DNA from: Ardenticatenales bacterium
Lineage (GTDB): Bacteria > Chloroflexota > Anaerolineae > Promineifilales > UBA4811
Length of the DNA stretch: 31,726 nt
Assembly: GCA_030667645.1 (NCBI GenBank)
Contig: DAOUVM010000001.1
Location: 1-31,726, forward strand
Direction of reading: 5' to 3'
The notes under the pieces were generated by a model. It did not search any database and had not been told where the DNA came from. It worked only from the letters and a program-made list of their open reading frames with translations. A program made the translations under genes and the position numbers. The first letter of the stretch is position 1; each line of letters opens with the position of its first letter. Of the stretch, positions 9,572-17,930 are shown piece by piece.

Positions 9572-10075
9572 GTGAACACGCCAGTTCTGGTTCTCAACGC
9601 CAACTATGCGCCGCTAAATGTCTGCACCACCCGCCGGGCAATGGGTCTGCTGCATATGGAAAAGGCGATGATCATCTCCAACGGCCGGGGAGTGATTCGC
9701 ACGCCGACCACGACCTTTCTTCGGCCGTCTGTCATCCGACTTGGATATATGGTCAAGCGGCTGCGCCCCCGGGTGAAACTTACCAAGAGAGAGATCCTGC
9801 AGCGGGACAACCACACGTGCCAATACTGTGGTCGACAGGGTCCCGGGCTGACCATCGACCACATAGTCCCCCGGCACAGGGGCGGCGCCCAGTCATGGAC
9901 GAATCTGGTCACCGCCTGCCAGGCCTGCAATCGGAAAAAGGGCGGCCAATCAGCGCAAGATGCCCAGATGCAGCTTTGCCAGGAGCCCTCCGAACCTCCC
10001 GCTTCAGCAACCTATCTCTACCGTCGGCATCTGCAGAAAAATCAAGAGTGGCTTGTGTTTGTCGAGGGATGGTAG
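9572..10075 (+). CDS. HNH endonuclease (McrA/HNH_5-like, Zn-binding)
   Basis: N-terminal VLVLNANYAPL motif, RDNHTCQYCG, TIDHIVPRHRGG, NLVTACQACNRKKG; GTG start at 9572 after GGAG. Confidence 0.92.
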   Translation: MNTPVLVLNANYAPLNVCTTRRAMGLLHMEKAMIISNGRGVIRTPTTTFLRPSVIRLGYMVKRLRPRVKLTKREILQRDNHTCQYCGRQGPGLTIDHIVPRHRGGAQSWTNLVTACQACNRKKGGQSAQDAQMQLCQEPSEPPASATYLYRRHLQKNQEWLVFVEGW

Positions 10076-10091
10076 CCCCGACTCTTGCGGG

Positions 10092-10565
10092 TCAGGCGCT
10101 GTTCTGGCGAGCAGCAGCCACGATTCCTGGCAACCCCTCCTCAATCTGGCGCTCCAACTCGTCGGCTGTCCGCCGATAATCGTTCAGCGAGCCGCCATAC
10201 GGGTCCCGGATGTCATAGGGTGGACCAGCCATCTCTGTCAACCGAAAGATCTTGGCGGCTGCCGACGCACACTCGGCGCGCAGCGCTTCGACGTGGCCAG
10301 CCGTCATCGTGAGCACCAGATCAACCTTTGCCAACAGGGCGGCACTCGCGTTCCGGGAACGGTGGCGGCTCATATCCAGCCCGCGCTCTCGCATCACTGC
10401 CACGCCGTTCTCGGTGGCAGGGAGGCCATCCTGAGCCCAGGTACCGGCCGAGATGATCTCCCACTCTCCGGGGATTCGCTCTTGCGCCAGCTTCTGCCGC
10501 AGGTAGACCTCGGCAATGGGTGAACGGCAGATGTTGCCGGTGCAAACAATGAGAATTGATGGCAT
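10092..10565 (-). CDS. Low-molecular-weight protein phosphatase (LMW-PTP family)
   Basis: P-loop VCTGNICRSP, SAGT, D-P-Y-G catalytic loop (DIRDPYGG). Confidence 0.93.
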   Translation of the reverse strand: MPSILIVCTGNICRSPIAEVYLRQKLAQERIPGEWEIISAGTWAQDGLPATENGVAVMRERGLDMSRHRSRNASAALLAKVDLVLTMTAGHVEALRAECASAAAKIFRLTEMAGPPYDIRDPYGGSLNDYRRTADELERQIEEGLPGIVAAARQNSA

Positions 10566-10595
10566 TGCGATTTCCTTGTCGCGCCTGAGACGGCG

Positions 10596-11711
10596 TCAAA
10601 GAGGGATCATCTCGACGAGCGCAAGCAAGCCGCCGGAAACAAGCGAGTGCCCACCCAGTACAACCGGGACAGAGGATGACAGAGCGCCGGCGGTAAACGC
10701 TCTCAGGAACGGCTCCTGGACGCGATCCACCCATCCCAGGTCAGATGCATATCGGTCTTCTGCCGAGGGCCAGAGGCCCCGATGGGCAAGTATCACGCGG
10801 TTGTCAAGAAAGATGGCGTCGGTCCACTGTTCGAGAGTGTGAAAGAAGGCATCCATGCCCACCTGCTCCAGGTATGCTCCGAGAATCGATCTGACCTGAC
10901 CGCCCGCCTGGCGTCCGCTGGCAACCATGCCCCGTTCTTCGGCAATCATGCGCACCCAACAGAGGGTCTCCCGCTCCAGGGCAGCCCACGTGCTCGATGC
11001 CACCCGGCCGCCGATCATGATGTGTTTGCCCTCAGAACGCAAGACCGCCAGCCCTTGATCCAACCGGCCAGTGTCGAGGTCCAACTCGGCCAACTTGGCC
11101 GCCAGATGTTGTCCGCATCCCGGGTGACGAGAAAGGATCATGAGGTCGGTCGGTGTGTCAATGTCCAACCGGCTGGCAGCGGAGACAGGCAGGGTGTCGG
11201 CCGGTAAACCTGCCTCTCGATGGAGCACCCAGGCAATCGCGTTGTCGCGAACCACCCGAGGGGCATACTGGGCCAGGACACTCGCGGGCGTAAAGGCAGC
11301 CCAGTCGGCGGAATGCAGGTTGTTGGTGATCAGCAATCTCTCGGCCGCCAAGGTCTCTTGCGCTATGGCCGCCAAATCGACTGAGTTCAGCAAGGGAGCT
11401 GCCCCCGCCCCCATGTAGAGAACATGTGTTAACCCATAGTGGCCGATCACACTTGCCAACCGGCGTCCGAAGTGAAAGGGATGCCGCGTGTCATCCAGGT
11501 CAACAACGCAATCAAGCGGAAGACCGCTGGCCCAGAGCGGGTCATTGGTGACGACGATGAGTTGGTCAAAGAGACCGGTGGCTTGAGAAGCCACCAAGGT
11601 GTCCAATGCGGCCGCCTGACGCGCATCCTGCATCCAGCGGCACGCCGGCTCTGGAGTAGCCACAGAGCCCACCATCACTACCAACCCCAGCTTTGTCACT
11701 GACTGCGACAT
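10596..11711 (-). CDS. Nucleotide-diphospho-sugar-transferase-fold protein (CofC/DUF2064-like N-terminal half) of unknown function
   Basis: Start at ATG 11711 after GAGGAG; FHFGRRLA, GAGAAPLL, NNLHSAD and RLDIDTPTDL resemble GT-A/CofC-type motifs; extra C-terminal ~150 aa. Confidence 0.6.
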   Translation of the reverse strand: MSQSVTKLGLVVMVGSVATPEPACRWMQDARQAAALDTLVASQATGLFDQLIVVTNDPLWASGLPLDCVVDLDDTRHPFHFGRRLASVIGHYGLTHVLYMGAGAAPLLNSVDLAAIAQETLAAERLLITNNLHSADWAAFTPASVLAQYAPRVVRDNAIAWVLHREAGLPADTLPVSAASRLDIDTPTDLMILSRHPGCGQHLAAKLAELDLDTGRLDQGLAVLRSEGKHIMIGGRVASSTWAALERETLCWVRMIAEERGMVASGRQAGGQVRSILGAYLEQVGMDAFFHTLEQWTDAIFLDNRVILAHRGLWPSAEDRYASDLGWVDRVQEPFLRAFTAGALSSSVPVVLGGHSLVSGGLLALVEMIPL

Positions 11712-11864
11712 GGGATCTCCTCGGCGCCGGTTCAAGACCTCAATGGAAGGTGAATGCCAGCAATTCAACCGCTGGCGCGACCAGAACCAGAGCGCCACCA
11801 TGCAGACCCCAGTACGCGGGGCGCATGCGTCAGAGTGCCCTGGGCCACGATTGCAGCGGCTCGA

Positions 11865-12416
11865 TCAGTCCAGCTCGGGGATGAGCAGACCGTAGCCCTT
11901 GTCGCTGCGCGAGTACAGCACGTTGATGCCATTCTCCTCCGCACTGAAAAAGACAAAGAAATCGTGCCCCAGCAGCTCCATCTGCTCAATAGCTTCTTCC
12001 TGCATCATGGGCACCACCGAAAATCGTTTGACTCGCACGATCTCGCCCGCATCTTTTTCAAGTGTGTCCTCATCAAGCGGGAGTCCCATATCTTCCGCCG
12101 TCACAGTGCGCCGTACCCGTTGCCGTTTGCCCTTGTAACGGGCGATCTGCCGATACATCTTGTCCACAACCCCGTCAATCGAGGCAAACATATCCCCGGT
12201 TCGCACTTCGGCCCGCAGGATTACCCCACGATCGCTGCGAATCGTGAATTGCGCGACCTGGCGATCAGCGGCGCTCCTGGCGTTCTCCAACGAGAGGTCC
12301 ATCCGAGCGCCGGCAACGGCGGGCAGAAAGCGGTCCAGCTTGCCAGCTTTGCGCTGCACATATTCCTCCAGCCGCTGCGTGAGCTCCATATTGCGACCCG
12401 TTATCTGTAGTTCCAT
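11865..12416 (-). CDS. hpf: Ribosome hibernation promoting factor, long form (HPF/RaiA/YvyD)
   Basis: MELQITGRNMELT, DMFASID...KMYRQI..YK, C-terminal EEAIEQMELLGHDFFVF...INVLYSRSDKGYGLL; GAGGAGG RBS. Confidence 0.96.
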   Translation of the reverse strand: MELQITGRNMELTQRLEEYVQRKAGKLDRFLPAVAGARMDLSLENARSAADRQVAQFTIRSDRGVILRAEVRTGDMFASIDGVVDKMYRQIARYKGKRQRVRRTVTAEDMGLPLDEDTLEKDAGEIVRVKRFSVVPMMQEEAIEQMELLGHDFFVFFSAEENGINVLYSRSDKGYGLLIPELD

Positions 12417-12431
12417 TGTGCCGTAACCTCC

Positions 12432-13232
12432 TCAGAAAATCGTTTGGGGAATCCGATCGCTCTGCCCGAAACCGGCATCTCCGACTGCCCCAGTGACAGG
12501 ATCCCAATTTGTCCGGGCGAGCGTAAAGGCAAATACATTGGCTGCGCCAACCCTGCGCAGAACCTCGGTGCAGGCATCCAGCGTGGAGCCGGTGGTGCAT
12601 ACATCATCCACCAAGAGCACCGAGCGCCCCTTGACCCAGGGTCCGCTCGCCGTGAACGCACCGGCAACATTCTTACGACGATCAGGCGCACTGAGGCTGG
12701 TTTGCGCCTCTGTGATCCGGGTGCGCTCAAGCCCTTGCGAAAGCACCGGAAGTTTGATTTGCGCCGCCAGTTCCCGGGCGAGGAGAGCAGCCTGGTCATA
12801 CCCACGCTCACGCAACCGCGTTGAGTGAAGCGGAACCGGCATGATACAATCCACGGGAAACGGCTCCTCGTTCCACGCCGAGACCATCAACTCGGCCAGC
12901 GGGGAGGCGAGTTCGGTCCGGCCGCCGTACTTGAACGCGTGGATCGCGCGTCTCATCGCCCCCTCGAATCCGACGGCTGCCCGCACACCATCCATTCTCA
13001 ATGGCCGGATCGAGCAAAAGGGACAAGCTGTCCGGCATGCGGCAGCATCCAGAGCCCGCCCGCACCGGAGGCAAAAGGGGGGTTCGACCCACGAGATAGA
13101 GCGGCGGCAAGCTGGACAGAGTAGAAAGTCCACACTACCACAACCCGCGCAAATCGGAGGAAAAATCAGATCGAGCGCTGCACGCCAGAAGCGAGATACC
13201 GTTGCACGCCCGCGGATGGTTGGCGCCATCAC
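12432..13232 (-). CDS. comF: ComF family competence protein (Zn-ribbon + PRTase-like domain)
   Basis: LDLIFPPICAGC, four CxxC pairs, IHAFKYGG, PVPLH..RLRERGYDQA, LLVDDVCTTGSTL. Confidence 0.94.
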   Translation of the reverse strand: MMAPTIRGRATVSRFWRAALDLIFPPICAGCGSVDFLLCPACRRSISWVEPPFCLRCGRALDAAACRTACPFCSIRPLRMDGVRAAVGFEGAMRRAIHAFKYGGRTELASPLAELMVSAWNEEPFPVDCIMPVPLHSTRLRERGYDQAALLARELAAQIKLPVLSQGLERTRITEAQTSLSAPDRRKNVAGAFTASGPWVKGRSVLLVDDVCTTGSTLDACTEVLRRVGAANVFAFTLARTNWDPVTGAVGDAGFGQSDRIPQTIF

Positions 13233-13243
13233 GCCGGGCCAGG

Positions 13244-14179
13244 CTATAGAATTCCCAGAACGCCAGACCGAAGCACCTGGAAGCCGGCCGGGCCCAAAAG
13301 CACGAGCAGCAGCGAGGGGAAGATCAGGAAGACCATCGGAACGACCATCTTGACCGGCGCCTCCTGGGCCCTCTTTTCCGCAAGCTGGCGTCGCTTGACT
13401 CGCATCTGGTCGGACTGAATTCGAAGCACCTTGGACAAGCTGACTCCCAACTGCTCTGCCTGCACCACGGCCGCAATGAAGGTCGTCACATCCGAGACTT
13501 CCAGGCGATCCGACATGGATCGTAAAGCCTCCCGCCGAATCCTACCCAATTGAACCTCCTGCAAGACTCGGCCGAACTCCCGTGACAGATCGTTGTCCCA
13601 CTTTTCAGCGACGCGCTTGAGGGCGGAATCAAAGCCAAGGCCGGCTTCGACACAGATCGTCAGCAGATCGAGGGAGTCGGGCAGGGCCCGCGTGATGTTG
13701 AGTTGACGCCGATCTATCGTGCTCCGGAGCCACATCCCGGGAAGGATAAAGCCCAACAGGGCCATTCCGGCAGCGAACATGATCCGCCGACCGGGCTGCG
13801 CCCCAAAACGCCACATCAGGAAGTAGATGAGGGCAGAGAGGCCCACGGTGGCGACAAGTCGGATGGCCCAGAATTCGGCCGCCGACAGACGGCGAGACAG
13901 ACCAGAAACCTCGAGCTTGTGAGCGGTGCTCTCTAGCGTCTTTTGGGGAGTGAAACGCACGACCAGATTGGCCAGTCCACGCATCAGCGGGACCAGGATC
14001 CGATCACTGAACGAGAGTGACAACTCTACTTCTTCGAGAGATACAGCCTCGTCGCGCGCACCGTACTCGGCCAGGCGGTCCCGCAATGGGTCACCCTCTG
14101 CTCGGCGCAGCAACACGAATCCAAAGGCAATCATGGATAGTAGAAAAACCAGCAGTCCCGCTATCACTACCGGGTTCAT
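13244..14179 (-). CDS. tadC: Tad pilus inner-membrane platform protein TadC (T2SS F family)
   Basis: LPDSLDLLTICVEAGLGFD, AEKRAQEAPVKMVVPMVFLIFP motifs; follows tadB. Confidence 0.93.
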   Translation of the reverse strand: MNPVVIAGLLVFLLSMIAFGFVLLRRAEGDPLRDRLAEYGARDEAVSLEEVELSLSFSDRILVPLMRGLANLVVRFTPQKTLESTAHKLEVSGLSRRLSAAEFWAIRLVATVGLSALIYFLMWRFGAQPGRRIMFAAGMALLGFILPGMWLRSTIDRRQLNITRALPDSLDLLTICVEAGLGFDSALKRVAEKWDNDLSREFGRVLQEVQLGRIRREALRSMSDRLEVSDVTTFIAAVVQAEQLGVSLSKVLRIQSDQMRVKRRQLAEKRAQEAPVKMVVPMVFLIFPSLLLVLLGPAGFQVLRSGVLGIL

Positions 14180-14206
14180 GCTACACCTCCCCCCCCAAAA
14201 ATACGT

Positions 14207-15199
14207 CTAAATGTCAATATCCGCCAGCTTCCGCATGGCCACAAAGCCACTGAAGATCAGAATGAGGCCAAAGCCCAAGACCAGCCACCCGCAGGGCAAT
14301 ACCCCAGGAATCACCCACGGCGGCTCTCTGTTGAAGAGCTCATTAATATAGCCAGGGTTGGATACCCTCAGAAAGAGGGTCAGCGCCACCGGGAGCCCGC
14401 TGATGACATAGCCGGACATCGTCACCTGAGCCGTCAGGGTAGCGATCTCGCCCCGAATCCGGACCCGCTCCCGTATCGTGTGGCTGATAATAGCTAGAAT
14501 CTCGGCTAGATTGCCTCCCACTTCCCGCTGGACATTGACAGCCGTGACAACCAGATCCATATCATCGCTGGGGATCCGGATCATCAGATTGTTCATCGCC
14601 TCTTCCAGAGTCATACCCAAGCGCACTTCTTGCACAACTCGTTCGAATTCAACACTCACCGGCGGGGGGGTCTCGGCCGCAATCGTCTCCATCGCCTGCA
14701 AGACACTGTAACCCGAACGAAGCGCGTTGACCCAAAGATTGAGTGTGTCGCCAAGCTGGTTGTCAAAATCCTTTAGTCGCTTTTTTGCTGCCTGTTTCAC
14801 ATAGATGCGGGGCGCCATGAAACCAGCAGCTACACCAACCAAGGTGAAAGGAATGCTCTCGCCGAACAGGAACCAACTGATTATGGCAAAACCTAACAGG
14901 GACAAAAGGCTCAGCACCAGGTATTCGCTGACCCTCAGCTTGAGGTCAGCCTGCTGCAACTGAGCCTTGATGTTCTGCGCAAAGCCACGCTCTGCTACAG
15001 TTTCTTCCAGCCGGTCGGCAAAGACGGAGGTACGTTCCGCCCGCGCCGCAGGCGCCACCGCTGCCGTTTTATCCTCGGCGATTTGGCTCAGTCTCTCATC
15101 AACCTCGGAGCTCGAGCCCGCTCGCACGGTGGCGATTATCCCACCCACGACAAGCAGGAGGGCAACCCCAGCCAGAACCAATATCAGTCCAGGAGGCAT
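14207..15199 (-). CDS. tadB: Tad pilus platform protein TadB (T2SS F family)
   Basis: FDNQLGDTLNLWVNALRSGYS, QREVGGNLAEIL, TLTAQVTMSGYVI motifs. Confidence 0.93.
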   Translation of the reverse strand: MPPGLILVLAGVALLLVVGGIIATVRAGSSSEVDERLSQIAEDKTAAVAPAARAERTSVFADRLEETVAERGFAQNIKAQLQQADLKLRVSEYLVLSLLSLLGFAIISWFLFGESIPFTLVGVAAGFMAPRIYVKQAAKKRLKDFDNQLGDTLNLWVNALRSGYSVLQAMETIAAETPPPVSVEFERVVQEVRLGMTLEEAMNNLMIRIPSDDMDLVVTAVNVQREVGGNLAEILAIISHTIRERVRIRGEIATLTAQVTMSGYVISGLPVALTLFLRVSNPGYINELFNREPPWVIPGVLPCGWLVLGFGLILIFSGFVAMRKLADIDI

Positions 15200-15217
15200 C
15201 TCACATCCCCTTGGCCA

Positions 15218-16594
15218 CTAGCGCCGTCGCTGTCCGATGCCGAAAATGGCTGGCGGCAACATGATGCCTGCGGCCTGAATCTGTCTGATGAACTTGGGCC
15301 GGATGCCGGTGGGCCGCAGCCGGCCGATGACCGTGCCGTCTTCCACACCGGTCTGCTCAAAGCCAAAAATCTCCGACATGGTGATAATGTCCCCCTCCAT
15401 ACCCTGAATTTCGGTAACACTGACCACTTTGCGCGTCCCATCGCGCATTCGATCCTGGTGAACAACCAGTTGGATGGCGGATGAAATCTGCTCCCTGATG
15501 GCGCGAATCGGCAAGTCCATGCCGGCCATCAGGACCATGGTCTCCAGGCGGGCGAGGGAATCACGCGGGCTGTTCGAATGGGCAGTGGTAAGGCTGCCAT
15601 CGTGCCCAGTATTCATCGCCTGCAGCATGTCCAGCGCCTCTGCCCCTCGGCACTCTCCAACGACAATCCGGTCTGGGCGCATTCGCAAGGTGTTGATGAC
15701 CAAGTCACGAGTCGTAATCTCGCCCCGGCCTTCGATGTTCGGTGGACGCGATTCGAGCGTGACGACATGTTCCTGGCGCAATTGGAGCTCGGCCGCGTTT
15801 TCGATGGTCACTATCCGCTCATCATTAGGGATGAACCCCGACAAGACGTTCAGCAAAGTGGTTTTTCCGGAGCCAGTACCGCCAGAGATCACAATGTTAA
15901 TACGGCCAATGACCGCCGCACGCAGAAACTCGACAGCCTCAGGCGTGATACTGCCAAAGCCAATCAGATCCTGGATCGTCAGGGGGATCTTGGAGAACTT
16001 GCGGATTGTCACCGTGGGACCCACCAGAGAGATGGGCGGAATCACCGCGTTCACACGCGAACCATCAGGCAGGCGGGCATCAACCAAGGGAGAGCTTTCG
16101 TCGATTCGCCTCCCCAGTGGAGCCACAATCCGGTCAATGATTCGCATCAAGTGATCGTCAGTCTCAAACGTGGCGTTGGTTCGTTCGATCTTGCCCTCAC
16201 GTTCAACGTAGATGTTCTTTGGGCCATTAACCATGACCTCAGTAATCGACTCGTCGGCCAGCAACGGTTCCAGGGGGCCCAATCCCAGGATTTCGGCCAC
16301 AATCTGCTCAAAGAGGCGCCGCCGCTCGCTCCGGCTGAGAACGATGTTCTCCTCCATCAAGATGGTCTCAAACATCTCCTCGATGGTGGCCCGGACCTCA
16401 CCCGTCTGAGTGATGTCCATGGCCGGGTCAAGCTCCGCAATGAGCTTTTCCTGGATACGACGTTTGAGATCTCGGTAGGCGTCACGAGAGCCGGCCATAG
16501 GGGCTTGGCGTTTGACCCGCATCTCTTGCAGCACAGATTGGCTCTCCGCCACTTCCGGGCCTTGGCCCTTCTCAAGCCGCTTTAGTAGTGACAC
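15218..16594 (-). CDS. cpaF: Tad pilus assembly ATPase CpaF/TadA
   Basis: GLGPLEPLLAD, ARLPDGSRVN, Walker A GGTGSGKTT, RMRPDRIVVGECRG, MNTGHDGS. Confidence 0.97.
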   Translation of the reverse strand: MSLLKRLEKGQGPEVAESQSVLQEMRVKRQAPMAGSRDAYRDLKRRIQEKLIAELDPAMDITQTGEVRATIEEMFETILMEENIVLSRSERRRLFEQIVAEILGLGPLEPLLADESITEVMVNGPKNIYVEREGKIERTNATFETDDHLMRIIDRIVAPLGRRIDESSPLVDARLPDGSRVNAVIPPISLVGPTVTIRKFSKIPLTIQDLIGFGSITPEAVEFLRAAVIGRINIVISGGTGSGKTTLLNVLSGFIPNDERIVTIENAAELQLRQEHVVTLESRPPNIEGRGEITTRDLVINTLRMRPDRIVVGECRGAEALDMLQAMNTGHDGSLTTAHSNSPRDSLARLETMVLMAGMDLPIRAIREQISSAIQLVVHQDRMRDGTRKVVSVTEIQGMEGDIITMSEIFGFEQTGVEDGTVIGRLRPTGIRPKFIRQIQAAGIMLPPAIFGIGQRRR

Positions 16595-16618
16595 GACATC
16601 CTCCCGCGAGACACCCGG

Positions 16619-17875
16619 CTACCGGCTGCCGAATAGGCGACTGAGACGGGAACGCCCGCCCGGCACGGCGACTGGTTCGGACGCGGGCACTCTGACCCGG
16701 TCATATATCCCACGTAACTCGTTGGCCAATTCGAATACAGCCTCAGAAACCGGCTTGCCTGGTTCGCGAAGAACAAACGGGACGCCCCGGTTGACTGAAA
16801 ACATCACCGTCCGGTCATCGGCGGGAATCGAGGCCGTCACCGCGTGCTTTATGGTGTTCTCGATGTCACTCGGGCTGATGCCCGCGTGTCTGTCCACTCG
16901 ATTCAAGACGAGCATGACCCTCCCACGCTCATAGTCCAGTTGATCAATGACCTCAAAGAACAGCCTCATGTTCTTGACGCAGGGAATGTCCGGAGTGGCA
17001 ATCAGGAGAATCTTGTCTGCCTGATCGAACACCGCCAGCATGACATCCTGCAGCGAGGTGGAGGTATCAACAATAATATAGTCGAATAGGCCACACAGAA
17101 GCGAAAGCGTCTCTTGCAGATGTTGCGCGGTGATCAGTTCGCCCATCTCTGGCCTGGGAGGGGGAAGCAGCGCTTTCAAGCCAGAATCATGGGTGGCCAG
17201 GACACTGCTGATCAGATCAGTATCCAACTCTTCAAACCGCTCAGCAATGTCCACCAGACTGTGCGTGCCGGTCAGATTGAGCAGGACCCCCATGTCGCCA
17301 AAGGAGAGGTTGGCATCAACCACAACCGTGTTCTTGCCCGCCTGAGCCAGTACGACTCCGAGGTTGGCAGCCACCACGCTGCAACCCACGCCCCCCTTGG
17401 GGCTAAAGACCGCAATGACCCTGCCTTGTCTAGGTGGAGGCGCGGCAACTGCAGCAGACTCCCCTGGGCCCGCGGGCTGGACCATCACCTTGCTGCTGCG
17501 TTCGTAGACCTGATGAATGGTGGCAATCAGCTCGTCGCTGGAGAAGGGTTTTGTGAGGAAATCGCGAGCGCCGGCTAACATGGAGCGTCGGATGTAGTCC
17601 GACTCCCCCTGAACCGACATCATGATGACCTGAGCAGTAGGCGTTTCCCGAGTGATGATTTCGCTGGCACTGATTCCGTCCAAGCCGGGCATGTTGATAT
17701 CCATCAACACAACGTGCGGACGTTTTTCTTTGGTCAGCTCGACCCCTTCCTCGCCGGTGCCAGCCTGACCCACCACCTCGATGTCGGATTCGAATTGGAT
17801 GAGCTTGCGCAGATTATCCCGTGTCTCTGGGATATCATCAACGATCAGTACCCGAATCTTTTCCGTCGATTCCAT
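16619..17875 (-). CDS. cpaE: CpaE/TadZ pilus localisation protein: N-terminal receiver domain + MinD/ParA-like domain
   Basis: REC motifs VDD...LMDINMP...MSV...FLTKP; MinD-like FSPKGGVGCS, VDANLSFGD, DYIIVDT; lies between cpaB and cpaF. Confidence 0.9.
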   Translation of the reverse strand: MESTEKIRVLIVDDIPETRDNLRKLIQFESDIEVVGQAGTGEEGVELTKEKRPHVVLMDINMPGLDGISASEIITRETPTAQVIMMSVQGESDYIRRSMLAGARDFLTKPFSSDELIATIHQVYERSSKVMVQPAGPGESAAVAAPPPRQGRVIAVFSPKGGVGCSVVAANLGVVLAQAGKNTVVVDANLSFGDMGVLLNLTGTHSLVDIAERFEELDTDLISSVLATHDSGLKALLPPPRPEMGELITAQHLQETLSLLCGLFDYIIVDTSTSLQDVMLAVFDQADKILLIATPDIPCVKNMRLFFEVIDQLDYERGRVMLVLNRVDRHAGISPSDIENTIKHAVTASIPADDRTVMFSVNRGVPFVLREPGKPVSEAVFELANELRGIYDRVRVPASEPVAVPGGRSRLSRLFGSR

Positions 17876-17930
17876 GCTTTCCCTAGATTAGATTCCGTAC
17901 CCTCTTGATGAATGTTCGCAAAGCGCGTGC

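Noticed and set aside
12417-12431. raiA-motif RNA, which often lies between comF and raiA/hpf in Firmicutes and Actinobacteria
   Set aside because: The gap is only 15 bp and essentially consists of the RBS.
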